A stretch of DNA of 32,000 nucleotides from Candidatus Saccharimonadota bacterium (lineage in GTDB: Bacteria; Patescibacteriota; Saccharimonadia; Saccharimonadales; UBA4665): the NCBI GenBank assembly GCA_963716945.1, contig OY970322.1, positions 840,001-872,000 of the forward strand, given 5' to 3'. Each line of letters begins with the position of its first letter. The stretch's first letter is position 1. The notes under the pieces were generated by a model, which had not been told where the DNA came from, searched no databases, and was given only the letters and a program-made list of their open reading frames with translations. Both the position numbers and the translations under genes were made by a program. Positions 17,354-25,079 of the stretch are shown piece by piece.

Positions 17354-18349
17354 CTAGAGGGCTTCTTTGGCCTGGTGCGAAGCGATGAAAGACGCGCCGA
17401 TAATGCCCAGGCCGACAATTCCGGTAACGGCGTCGGGCACCGAGAAGAAAATGCTGCTCAGGAGGGCGGCGGCCAGCACGACGATGGCGTAGTGGGCGCC
17501 GTGTTCGAGGTAGATATAGGCTTTGAGTGTGCCGCGCCGGACCATGAAAACCGTCAAGCTGCGAACCCAGATAGCGCCGACCCCCAGGCCCAGGGCGATC
17601 AATAAGACCTTGTCGGTAATGGCGAAGGCGCCAAGCACGCCGTCGAAACTGAAACTGGCGTCCAATACTTGCAGGTAGACGAAGGCCAGAGCCGCGACCC
17701 AGCCGACGTATTGCTTGGTCCCGCCCGGCTCCAGCCGGCCCAGGAAATCTATAAATAATTTGATGGCCGTGTATGACAGCACGCCGGTTGAGCCGGCCCG
17801 CAAAACCGAAGCGTGGTTGCCGGCGAACAGGGCCAGCCCGCAAACGACGATAGCCGTCACCAGCGGCGGCAGCCAGATACTGCCGCCGATGTTCTGCAAC
17901 GGTTTCTCCAGCCGCTCCAGCCACCGGACTTCACGGGTGTCGTCGAACAGGAAATAGGCCGCCAAGGTCAGCAGGAAAGCACCGCCGAAAGCCGCGATCG
18001 TGGCGTGCGCCGAAGCCAAATGGTCGCCGTAAAGCGCGGGCTGGTGAAGCGCCTCTCTGATGACCTCCGACCAGGGCAAATGGGCGGTTGCCATGACCAC
18101 CAGGATCGGGAACAGCAGCCGCATGCCGAGAATCGCGACAATCATGCCGACGGTCAGGAAAAGCCGCTGCCAGAAGTGCGATAACCTTTCCAGAACCTTG
18201 GCGTTGATGATGGCGTTATCGAAGCTGAAGGCGATTTCGATGGCAATCAGCACCAGCGTCGTCAAGGCCGCCGCCGGACCCAAAGTCAAGAGCGCCAGCA
18301 GCACGGCGGCCACCGTAATCAACCCTGAAAAGCCGAAGTAGTGCAGCAT
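17354..18349 (-). CDS. DUF475 / TerC-like integral membrane protein
   Basis: 331 aa polytopic protein. The motif IEIAFSFDNAIINA is characteristic of the TerC/DUF475 clade. It starts 4 nt after the hydrolase gene. Confidence 0.8.
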   Translation of the reverse strand: MLHYFGFSGLITVAAVLLALLTLGPAAALTTLVLIAIEIAFSFDNAIINAKVLERLSHFWQRLFLTVGMIVAILGMRLLFPILVVMATAHLPWSEVIREALHQPALYGDHLASAHATIAAFGGAFLLTLAAYFLFDDTREVRWLERLEKPLQNIGGSIWLPPLVTAIVVCGLALFAGNHASVLRAGSTGVLSYTAIKLFIDFLGRLEPGGTKQYVGWVAALAFVYLQVLDASFSFDGVLGAFAITDKVLLIALGLGVGAIWVRSLTVFMVRRGTLKAYIYLEHGAHYAIVVLAAALLSSIFFSVPDAVTGIVGLGIIGASFIASHQAKEAL

Positions 18350-18353
18350 CCTG

Positions 18354-19187
18354 TTATCCTACCACACCCTCGGCCGGCCGGGCTGCCCGAATCCGCTCAA
18401 CAATGAAACGGCTGGCCCGGACGGAAATAACGTGGCGCTCGCGAATGGTGTAGATTTTGACCTGTTTGGTATCTTTGCCGAAGATGGATTGCGGTTTGCC
18501 GCGGATGACGAGCATGTCGTAGGTGCCGTAAATAACGTCCATCGGCGCCTCCAAATATTTAATATCTTCGGCGGCGGTTTGTTCCATGATGGTGTGCTCC
18601 AGACTTTTGACGAACGGCTGCCAGGTGTCGCGGTCGACTTCGAAGCCGGCAATCCGCTGGGCCAGCCGTTCGGTCCGTTTAGCGGTTTCGGCGTCAAACG
18701 TCGGCTGGAAGCGGATCATATAGCGGAAAAACCTGGAATACAGATTAAGGCGCAGGCGGTAGCGCCGTTTGCCCGGCAGGCCCTCGTACAGCGGCATCTC
18801 ATAGAGCACCAGGTGCCTGACCAAGTCCGGCCGCAGCCGGGCGACCCGCACCGCCACCAGGCAGCCCATGGAATGGCCGACGATGATAGCCGGCCGGCCT
18901 TGAACCAATTTTTCGATACTTGCTATGACGGCCGCGGCATGGTCATCGGTCGTATAAGCCGGCCAGTCCGGCTTCGGCGAGTCGCCGAAGCCGAGCAAAT
19001 CCAAGGCGACCAAACGATAAGCCGACTGCGGCAGGCCGGCAACGACCCTCTCCCAGGTCTGGCCCGTCCGGCCGATGCCGTGCAGCAGCACTACCGGCTG
19101 TCCCTCGCCGGTGTCGATCGGCCGGGCCAGACGGTAGGGCCGCCCGAGCGTCCGATGCCAGAAGCGGTCGAAAATTTTCAGCCTCAT
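18354..19187 (-). CDS. Alpha/beta-fold hydrolase
   Basis: 277 aa with the oxyanion region VVLLHGIG and the nucleophile elbow VGHSMG. Confidence 0.85.
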   Translation of the reverse strand: MRLKIFDRFWHRTLGRPYRLARPIDTGEGQPVVLLHGIGRTGQTWERVVAGLPQSAYRLVALDLLGFGDSPKPDWPAYTTDDHAAAVIASIEKLVQGRPAIIVGHSMGCLVAVRVARLRPDLVRHLVLYEMPLYEGLPGKRRYRLRLNLYSRFFRYMIRFQPTFDAETAKRTERLAQRIAGFEVDRDTWQPFVKSLEHTIMEQTAAEDIKYLEAPMDVIYGTYDMLVIRGKPQSIFGKDTKQVKIYTIRERHVISVRASRFIVERIRAARPAEGVVG

Positions 19188-19216
19188 ACCTCTAGTATAA
19201 GCTGCTATAATTAGGA

Positions 19217-20203
19217 ATGATAATGCTTATCTTCGTCGAAGTCCTGTTGCTGGTCGCCGCTTCCGCCATCTGTTCCGGCCTCAATATCGCCGTTATGTCG
19301 CTGGACCTCGGCGACCTCCGGCGCAAGGCCAAACTCGGCAATCGGGCCGCGGCCCGGGTCCTGCCGCTCCGGCGCAACGGCCACCTGACGCTGGCCAGCA
19401 TCCTCTTGACGAACGTGGCAGCCGTCTCGGCCACTTCGCTGGTACTCAACCAACGGCTTAACGGCTGGGCGGCCGGCTTAGCCAGCACGCTGTTAATCGT
19501 CATCTTCGGCGAAGTCCTGCCGCAAGCCCTGTTCTCCAAGAACCCGCTGGCCTGGTCCAGCTTCTTCGCGCCGGTATTGAAGGCCATGATGTTTATAACC
19601 TACATTGTCAGCAAGCCGCTACAGCTGTTGCTCGATAGGCTCTTCCCCCATGAACACCCTCGGCTGCAGAGCCGCCACGAACTAGGCCTGCTGATTGCCG
19701 AACACCTCGACAGCGAAGGCAGCGAGCTTGACGAGGATGAAGTCGAAATCATCCGCGGCGCCCTCCAGCTCAGCGAGAAGCGCGTCCGCGACATCATGAC
19801 CGACATCCGCCATACCTATTGGCTGACGCGCGAGACCGCCTTGGATGATCCGAAAATTGACGAGATCAAACTCCAGGGCTTCAGCCGCATCCCGATCTTC
19901 AACCAGCAGCTGACCAAATGCTACGGCCTGCTGCTGATGAAGGACCTGGTCGACATCGACTTTGACGATAATGCCTACAAGGTTGACGACATGCCGCTCT
20001 ACCCCGTCCAACTGGTTGGCAGCATGACGGCCCTGGACACGATGTTCCGCAAATTTATCGCCGCCGGCACGCACCTCATCCCGATCGAGCGCGACGACAA
20101 GATCATCGGCATCGTCACCATCGAAGACCTGATCGAAGAAATCCTGGGCCACGAAATCGAGGACGAAACCGACCGGCTGAGGCAGCGGCCCCTAATCAAA
20201 TAG
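19217..20203 (+). CDS. CNNM/HlyC-CorC-type transporter-associated protein (DUF21 membrane domain plus CBS pair)
   Basis: 328 aa with four N-terminal TM helices (DUF21-like). The motif RVRDIMTDI begins a CBS pair. There is no C-terminal CorC_HlyC domain. An extended -10 TGCTATAAT (19203-19211) lies immediately upstream. Confidence 0.85.
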   Translation: MIMLIFVEVLLLVAASAICSGLNIAVMSLDLGDLRRKAKLGNRAAARVLPLRRNGHLTLASILLTNVAAVSATSLVLNQRLNGWAAGLASTLLIVIFGEVLPQALFSKNPLAWSSFFAPVLKAMMFITYIVSKPLQLLLDRLFPHEHPRLQSRHELGLLIAEHLDSEGSELDEDEVEIIRGALQLSEKRVRDIMTDIRHTYWLTRETALDDPKIDEIKLQGFSRIPIFNQQLTKCYGLLLMKDLVDIDFDDNAYKVDDMPLYPVQLVGSMTALDTMFRKFIAAGTHLIPIERDDKIIGIVTIEDLIEEILGHEIEDETDRLRQRPLIK

Positions 20204-20983
20204 CGGCCGGGCGGTGGCCAAAGTACCGCCGGCAAATTGCTCGAATAGTTTTTCGGGCTCGCTGCCAGTCTGAAGCTTAGCGTAAGGCAAAATAGCACCG
20301 CTGAAACCCTCTGTCTGCCAATAAGCCCCGCCCGGCAGCTTAACATCGGTGAAACCGGCCGGTTCGGGATAAGCCGTCAGGTACAAATACGGCTCCGGAA
20401 TCGTTTCATCGCCGGTCGAGAAGCCCAAGCCCAACTGCCGCTCGTCGTCATGCGGGAACCACACCAGCGACAAATCGAAATGGTGCGGATAGAGCAGGAT
20501 CGGGCTGGTCACGCCTTCGCCAAGCGAGGCTTTCAGCTTCCGGAACCGTGCGTCCAGCCACCATAGCGCCTCGGCATAAGCCAGCACCTGCTCCTTATCG
20601 ACCGACAAGCCGCCGGCCTTGAACTTCGGCTCTTCCAGCTCGGCCTCGACGCCCTTGCCCGCCAGCCAGTCACGAAAGATCTGCATCGCCGCCGGCCCGT
20701 CGCAGTCTTGCAACTTCCAGTTCTGGTTGCCCAGCCGCAGTTTGCCGCGCACCAGGTCGATGCTCACCCGAATCTCTTCGCCGGCCACTATGAAAGTCTG
20801 CGTACTGATACCGCGCATCGTCACTTCCAAACCGTACTGCCACTGCCGCGGATGTTTCGGCAGGAATGCCCGCTGCAAACTGCCGATAGCCAGCGCCATA
20901 TCCCGCAGGCAATCGCGCGTCGGTCCCAGCTCGGCAGCCGCCAGCGGCGGCAATGGTTTATTCATACCGTTTAAGTTTAGCAA
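20192..20983 (-). CDS. Conserved hypothetical protein (possibly DUF5996-like, from memory)
   Basis: 263 aa with native GC. The motif YPHHFDLSLVWF recalls DUF5996-type proteins. This is unverified. Confidence 0.55.
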   Translation of the reverse strand: MLNLNGMNKPLPPLAAAELGPTRDCLRDMALAIGSLQRAFLPKHPRQWQYGLEVTMRGISTQTFIVAGEEIRVSIDLVRGKLRLGNQNWKLQDCDGPAAMQIFRDWLAGKGVEAELEEPKFKAGGLSVDKEQVLAYAEALWWLDARFRKLKASLGEGVTSPILLYPHHFDLSLVWFPHDDERQLGLGFSTGDETIPEPYLYLTAYPEPAGFTDVKLPGGAYWQTEGFSGAILPYAKLQTGSEPEKLFEQFAGGTLATARPLFD

Positions 20984-21006
20984 ACCCGGGCCGCCCGGGC
21001 TTCAAT

Positions 21007-21441
21007 TCAGGCAAAAGCCGGCACGAGCGGCGAATTAACCACGGCGCTTGCGGGTTCTTCCAAGCGCGGAATACTATAAGTTTCGCCTTCCCTCAAGTAG
21101 CCGCCGGTAACAGGCTGCTTGCCGATTCTCATCGCGTAATCGGGGACCGGCACCAATAGGCCGTTGGCGAATAAGGCTTCGGATTGGAAAAGGGTCTGCC
21201 CCTCCAGGTCGACGAAATCGAGTTTTACTACATATAAAGCCGAGGGTTCGCTCCGTTCGACGCTGCCGACCCAGACGGGATGTTCGGACGCCTCTTGGCG
21301 GTGGCGGCCCTGCCGGCCGAGCCGTAACATTGCCGAATAGAAGCCTTTGACAAGGGTGTCTGCCGTAATCGGCGGTCCGCCGTCGACGTATTCATCAAGC
21401 GAACGGTAAGTGCCGGAGTGCGCAGCTTCGGTGCTTTTCAT
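21007..21441 (-). CDS. Hypothetical protein
   Basis: 144 aa with native GC. It is co-directional with, and 23 nt upstream of, the previous gene. I recognise no motif. Confidence 0.5.
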   Translation of the reverse strand: MKSTEAAHSGTYRSLDEYVDGGPPITADTLVKGFYSAMLRLGRQGRHRQEASEHPVWVGSVERSEPSALYVVKLDFVDLEGQTLFQSEALFANGLLVPVPDYAMRIGKQPVTGGYLREGETYSIPRLEEPASAVVNSPLVPAFA

Positions 21442-21500
21442 AGCACCTTTGTTATATCATTCGACGGCTAGATTGTCCAGATTATGGTTACGCTTCAAAC

Positions 21501-21531
21501 AAAAAAGAGCCTTTTGAGGGGCTCCTTTTTG
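21501..21531. terminator. Bidirectional terminator-like hairpin A6-GAGCC-N8-GGCTC-T5
   Basis: Read directly: aaaaaaGAGCCttttgaggGGCTCcttttt. The stem is short (5 bp). It sits in a divergent intergenic region where no annotated gene ends. Confidence 0.4.
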
Positions 21532-21670
21532 TCGCGGCTTCCGCTATATGTTAGCTTGGACGCTGATCACCTCACAGTGACTAAGTACCAATATAGCCCT
21601 AGCCCAGATCCATGTCAACGCCAATCGTCCCCAGCCGTGGATAAGGCGTGTACAGATAGTGGATAAGTGA

Positions 21671-21699
21671 TTGACAGCGCCCGACCCTGAACCTATGCT
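21671..21699 (+). promoter_or_regulatory. Sigma70-like promoter TTGACA-17 nt-TATGCT for the 21736 gene
   Basis: TTGACA at 21671-21676 and TATGCT at 21694-21699, followed by a 36-nt leader with AGGA before ATG 21736. Confidence 0.5.
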
Positions 21700-21735
21700 G
21701 AAGAAGACATTAAAGCATAAGCAGGATCTTCCTCC

Positions 21736-22593
21736 ATGAAATCAACCAGACGAGACGAACGCGGCTTCGGCCACGCCGTCACCATAGTATTAGCCGTAAT
21801 CGTCATCGCCGCCATTGCCGCCATCGGCTGGCAAGTCACCAAGAAGAACAAGACGACGCCGGCCGCGACGAACACCAGTACCACCGCGGCCGTCACCAAT
21901 AGCGCCGAAGCTTCCTGTAACAAGGTCTACCACGACACCAACCTGTGTAAGTTTGCCGCCAACAGCGCCGACTTCGCCAAGACCGCTTACACCGCCGTCG
22001 ACACCAGCGTCGACGCCCAGGGCCAGACCAGCAGCATCACCATCAAATCCGACGGCAAAGGCAACACCGCCCTAACCAGCACCGCCGCCGGCCAGAGCTT
22101 CGACAGCATTGAGATCGGCACCACCGTCTATACCAAAGACCCGGCTTCCAACACCTGGACCAAGTACACCTCCAACGCCCCGGCCGTCAGCAACCCGGCC
22201 AGCGACATCAAGACCAACTTCAGCACCAGCACCACCCCGGCCGCCCAGCAGATCCAGTACAAGAACCTCGGCAAAACCGCCTGCGGCAAACTAACCTGCT
22301 TCAAGTACCAGATCATCGACCCCGCCAACGCCGGCACCACCCAGTACGCCTGGTTCGACACTAACAGCTACCGCCTCCAGGAATATTCCAGCAAAGGCAG
22401 CGACGGCAGCACCAACACCTTCGTCATAACCTACGGCGCTGTCAGCATCACCGCCCCCTCGCCCGTAACCGACGCCTCAGCCGCCGCCAGCTCCGGCACC
22501 GGCGCCTCCTCCAGCACCCCAACCGCCGCCCAAGTCCAAGCCGCCGAACAGCAGGCCGCCGCGGCTGCTGCTTCCGCCCAATCCGGTCAGTAA
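21736..22593 (+). CDS. Membrane-anchored extracytoplasmic protein, Thr/Ala/Ser-rich
   Basis: 285 aa with an N-terminal anchor (AVTIVLAVIVIAAIAAIGW), two Cys pairs and low-complexity T/A/S linkers at both ends. Native high GC. Confidence 0.7.
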   Translation: MKSTRRDERGFGHAVTIVLAVIVIAAIAAIGWQVTKKNKTTPAATNTSTTAAVTNSAEASCNKVYHDTNLCKFAANSADFAKTAYTAVDTSVDAQGQTSSITIKSDGKGNTALTSTAAGQSFDSIEIGTTVYTKDPASNTWTKYTSNAPAVSNPASDIKTNFSTSTTPAAQQIQYKNLGKTACGKLTCFKYQIIDPANAGTTQYAWFDTNSYRLQEYSSKGSDGSTNTFVITYGAVSITAPSPVTDASAAASSGTGASSSTPTAAQVQAAEQQAAAAAASAQSGQ

Positions 22594-22635
22594 TAACTAA
22601 TCCTTCTTTAGTTTGTTGAAAGCCAGTTATCTTTT

Positions 22636-23085
22636 TTATAGTGCTGGGAGTATTTTTTGCGGGAACTCATTTTCGCCAATTTTACCTTTAAGTCTGCCAT
22701 CGCTACCTGATACTGAGTATTTCTGACGCGGTCTACGTACAATCCTAATCCATTCATTAAGGCCGTGATCCTCATCCAAGGCGGCCTTTAGTTCCTGAAA
22801 ACTTAAGCATACTATTCCATCGTCGTTACAAACAAGTGCAACAAAAACTGTTTTAAACGTTTCTTGCATTCTATGTATATCATCTTGGTGGTCTTGATGA
22901 AAGGTAAAAATCCAAGGCGATAGTCGGTTAGTTGAGTGTTTTATGTATAAACCGACATTGTCATTGAGTATATAGGCTGCGTTAGCGCTCCTACAAACAA
23001 AACTTTCTACTTTGACCCCGCCTGGTACACCATGAATTAATCTCGTAAGCACAGTGCCATGAAAAAATTCATATTTATGAATCAT
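22636..23085 (-). CDS. Hypothetical 149-aa protein, tightly linked downstream partner of the Z1-domain ATPase
   Basis: Its ATG lies 3 nt after the Z1 gene stop (TAAtacATG). The alternating hydrophobic pattern suggests a small alpha/beta domain. The E6...D42...K49 (LYIKHS) spacing is loosely PD-(D/E)XK-like, but the acidic residue of the (D/E)xK motif is not evident. Confidence 0.7.
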   Translation of the reverse strand: MIHKYEFFHGTVLTRLIHGVPGGVKVESFVCRSANAAYILNDNVGLYIKHSTNRLSPWIFTFHQDHQDDIHRMQETFKTVFVALVCNDDGIVCLSFQELKAALDEDHGLNEWIRIVRRPRQKYSVSGSDGRLKGKIGENEFPQKILPAL

Positions 23086-23088
23086 GTA

Positions 23089-24972
23089 TTATTTATAGCG
23101 TCTATTTTTTAAAAATCTTATATTACCAGCTTCAGGAGCGTATTTATAGAATACTCTGGCCATTCCTTCGGGATTTTTAAAAATCTTTATGTGGTGGATG
23201 GCACGGGGAAACTTAGGCTGTTCCAGAGTGTTTTCTGCCATGAAGCCCCTAGTACGCTGGATATTTTTCACATCCGCACTTTTATAAGATACATCAAGAG
23301 CTGTGGTGCGGTGTACCGCAATAGACTCATTACCAAAAGGACTAAAGTCTCTAATAAATTCCAGCACATATAATGGTAAAGAGTCTTCAGGCAATAATGA
23401 TTTAAGCTGTTTAAGTTTTGGTGCGGAATTGATATCGCTATTTATGAGATCGTCAATTTCGGAGGTGTAAGCGAAAATTTGCCAACTCATCTCACCACTA
23501 TCGAGTGTCACATTTGTTTTATTTATGCTTGAGGATGCAGCAGCTGAAACTCGGGAATCTTCTAGCCAAACTGGGCTCCCTTGACCAGAACGTATTGCCG
23601 ATAGGGCCAGGCGGTGAAAAACAAAGCATTTCTGCCATCCTAGGTATAGTCGTTCGGGGATATGTAATTCAAAATATTCAAGATACTTACCTCTGGTGCC
23701 AAACATTCGTGCTCTCTGAATATAGGTGTCCTGTTGAATTTTATGCTTCACGTCACGTGTGAAAAACATACTAAGTAAATTCTCGAAAGTTACTCCTCTG
23801 GAAACTATATTACCCCCAATTGCTATTGTAAAAAGAGAAGACGGGCTAGTCGCTGACTTATACTCATTTGCAGCTTTATCAGAATTACTATTCATGACAA
23901 CAATGTTATTACGGCCTATGTTGGTCTTAACAAACTTGGTCAAAATGTCCTCCCTGTTAGGATAGTTTTTTAGAGCTATTTCCCAAAGACGTTTTACATA
24001 TGCCTCATATTTAGGATCATCCTCGTCTTTTAGAACATTTAATATCTTAACTACTTGTTTGTAATCTTCAGTATGATCCACTTTTTTCCCGCTAGTGTGT
24101 ACCAACATACTGTAGTTTTGTTCTTGCTCATTTTTGTAGAGATTGAGATACGCCACGTTAATCATGAAGCTTAGTAATGCATCCCTTAGATATTTTGGAG
24201 CATCATGATCTTCTGGTAATAAAACTAGCTTATACTTTAGCGTCTCTCCATTATCATCCTGGGCACCCTGTGTGGGGAAGAATTTATCTTGTCCTGTATA
24301 TAGAGGATGTGGAGGAAAATCCACCCATTTTTCGTTGTCATTTTCGAATGTATTATTTAGGTCAAGTCTGGCGGGTGTGGCAGTAACGCCAATGTAGATT
24401 CCGTCTGAACCTATTAGCTTTTCAACAAGTTCGTTAATTTTAGTTTTTTCATTTTTATTGATTTTTGCGTTTGGACTTGCATAATCAGCCTCATCATCAA
24501 TTACTACGCGCCCATGAATACGATCAATTCGTGACAAAAGCTTTTGGAGATCGCTAGAATTCTTCTTACTAAATATCACCCAATACCCTTTATTAAGCTC
24601 GACGCTTGGATCCATAATTTCATGGAACCTCTTAGGTGCCGGGTCAAGACCCGAACGCGAGAACCGCTCTAGATTTTGTTCAAGAAGTTGCACTGAATCA
24701 TTTAACAGCAAGATAATAATTTTATGCCCATCATCAAGGAGCCTTGCAGTTAGAGCAATCATCATTTCAGTCTTACCACTCTGCGGTTCACCATAAACCA
24801 CAAATGAACGAGTCGCCTGATGAACTATATTAACAATTGATTTATCTACGGCTAGCTCTATTCCGTCGGTCCAAAGCCCTTTTTTCTTTAATAACTTGAG
24901 ATTACTCTCGTAACGAAAGCTTGCATGCTCAACTGCGGCGCCTTTAAACTTGTTGATGTCAAAATCCGCCAT
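23089..24972 (-). CDS. Z1-domain protein: P-loop/DEAD-like SF2-type ATPase fused to a Z1 domain
   Basis: 627 aa with Walker A GEPQSGKT (aa 61-68), Walker B DDEAD (159-163) and VTATPARL. The Z1-type signature is GGNIVSRGVTFENL...QQDTYIQRARMFG (aa 386-425), compared with the family pattern GGxxLSRGxTxEGL...DTLxQxxRWFGYR. An SD AGAGG lies 6 nt upstream. Confidence 0.85.
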   Translation of the reverse strand: MADFDINKFKGAAVEHASFRYESNLKLLKKKGLWTDGIELAVDKSIVNIVHQATRSFVVYGEPQSGKTEMMIALTARLLDDGHKIIILLLNDSVQLLEQNLERFSRSGLDPAPKRFHEIMDPSVELNKGYWVIFSKKNSSDLQKLLSRIDRIHGRVVIDDEADYASPNAKINKNEKTKINELVEKLIGSDGIYIGVTATPARLDLNNTFENDNEKWVDFPPHPLYTGQDKFFPTQGAQDDNGETLKYKLVLLPEDHDAPKYLRDALLSFMINVAYLNLYKNEQEQNYSMLVHTSGKKVDHTEDYKQVVKILNVLKDEDDPKYEAYVKRLWEIALKNYPNREDILTKFVKTNIGRNNIVVMNSNSDKAANEYKSATSPSSLFTIAIGGNIVSRGVTFENLLSMFFTRDVKHKIQQDTYIQRARMFGTRGKYLEYFELHIPERLYLGWQKCFVFHRLALSAIRSGQGSPVWLEDSRVSAAASSSINKTNVTLDSGEMSWQIFAYTSEIDDLINSDINSAPKLKQLKSLLPEDSLPLYVLEFIRDFSPFGNESIAVHRTTALDVSYKSADVKNIQRTRGFMAENTLEQPKFPRAIHHIKIFKNPEGMARVFYKYAPEAGNIRFLKNRRYK

Positions 24973-25079
24973 CGCATACCTCTTTCAATTAAGATATTTT
25001 TATGCCTTTAATACTAGCATCTTTTCAGATTATAAAAATGAAATGTCAATTCTTCTTTAGTGCAAGTATAATGATCTAA

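Noticed and set aside
21484-21666. A 60-aa ORF in the 21442-21735 intergenic gap.
   Set aside because: It has no SD or promoter geometry. It spans the terminator-like hairpin and its composition is unremarkable. It is more likely non-coding.
21736-22593. Thr/Ala/Ser-rich stretches considered as a possible DNA tandem repeat or contingency locus.
   Set aside because: The low complexity is at the amino-acid level, using varied ACC/GCC/AGC codons. I could not trace a repeating nucleotide unit or a homopolymer tract.
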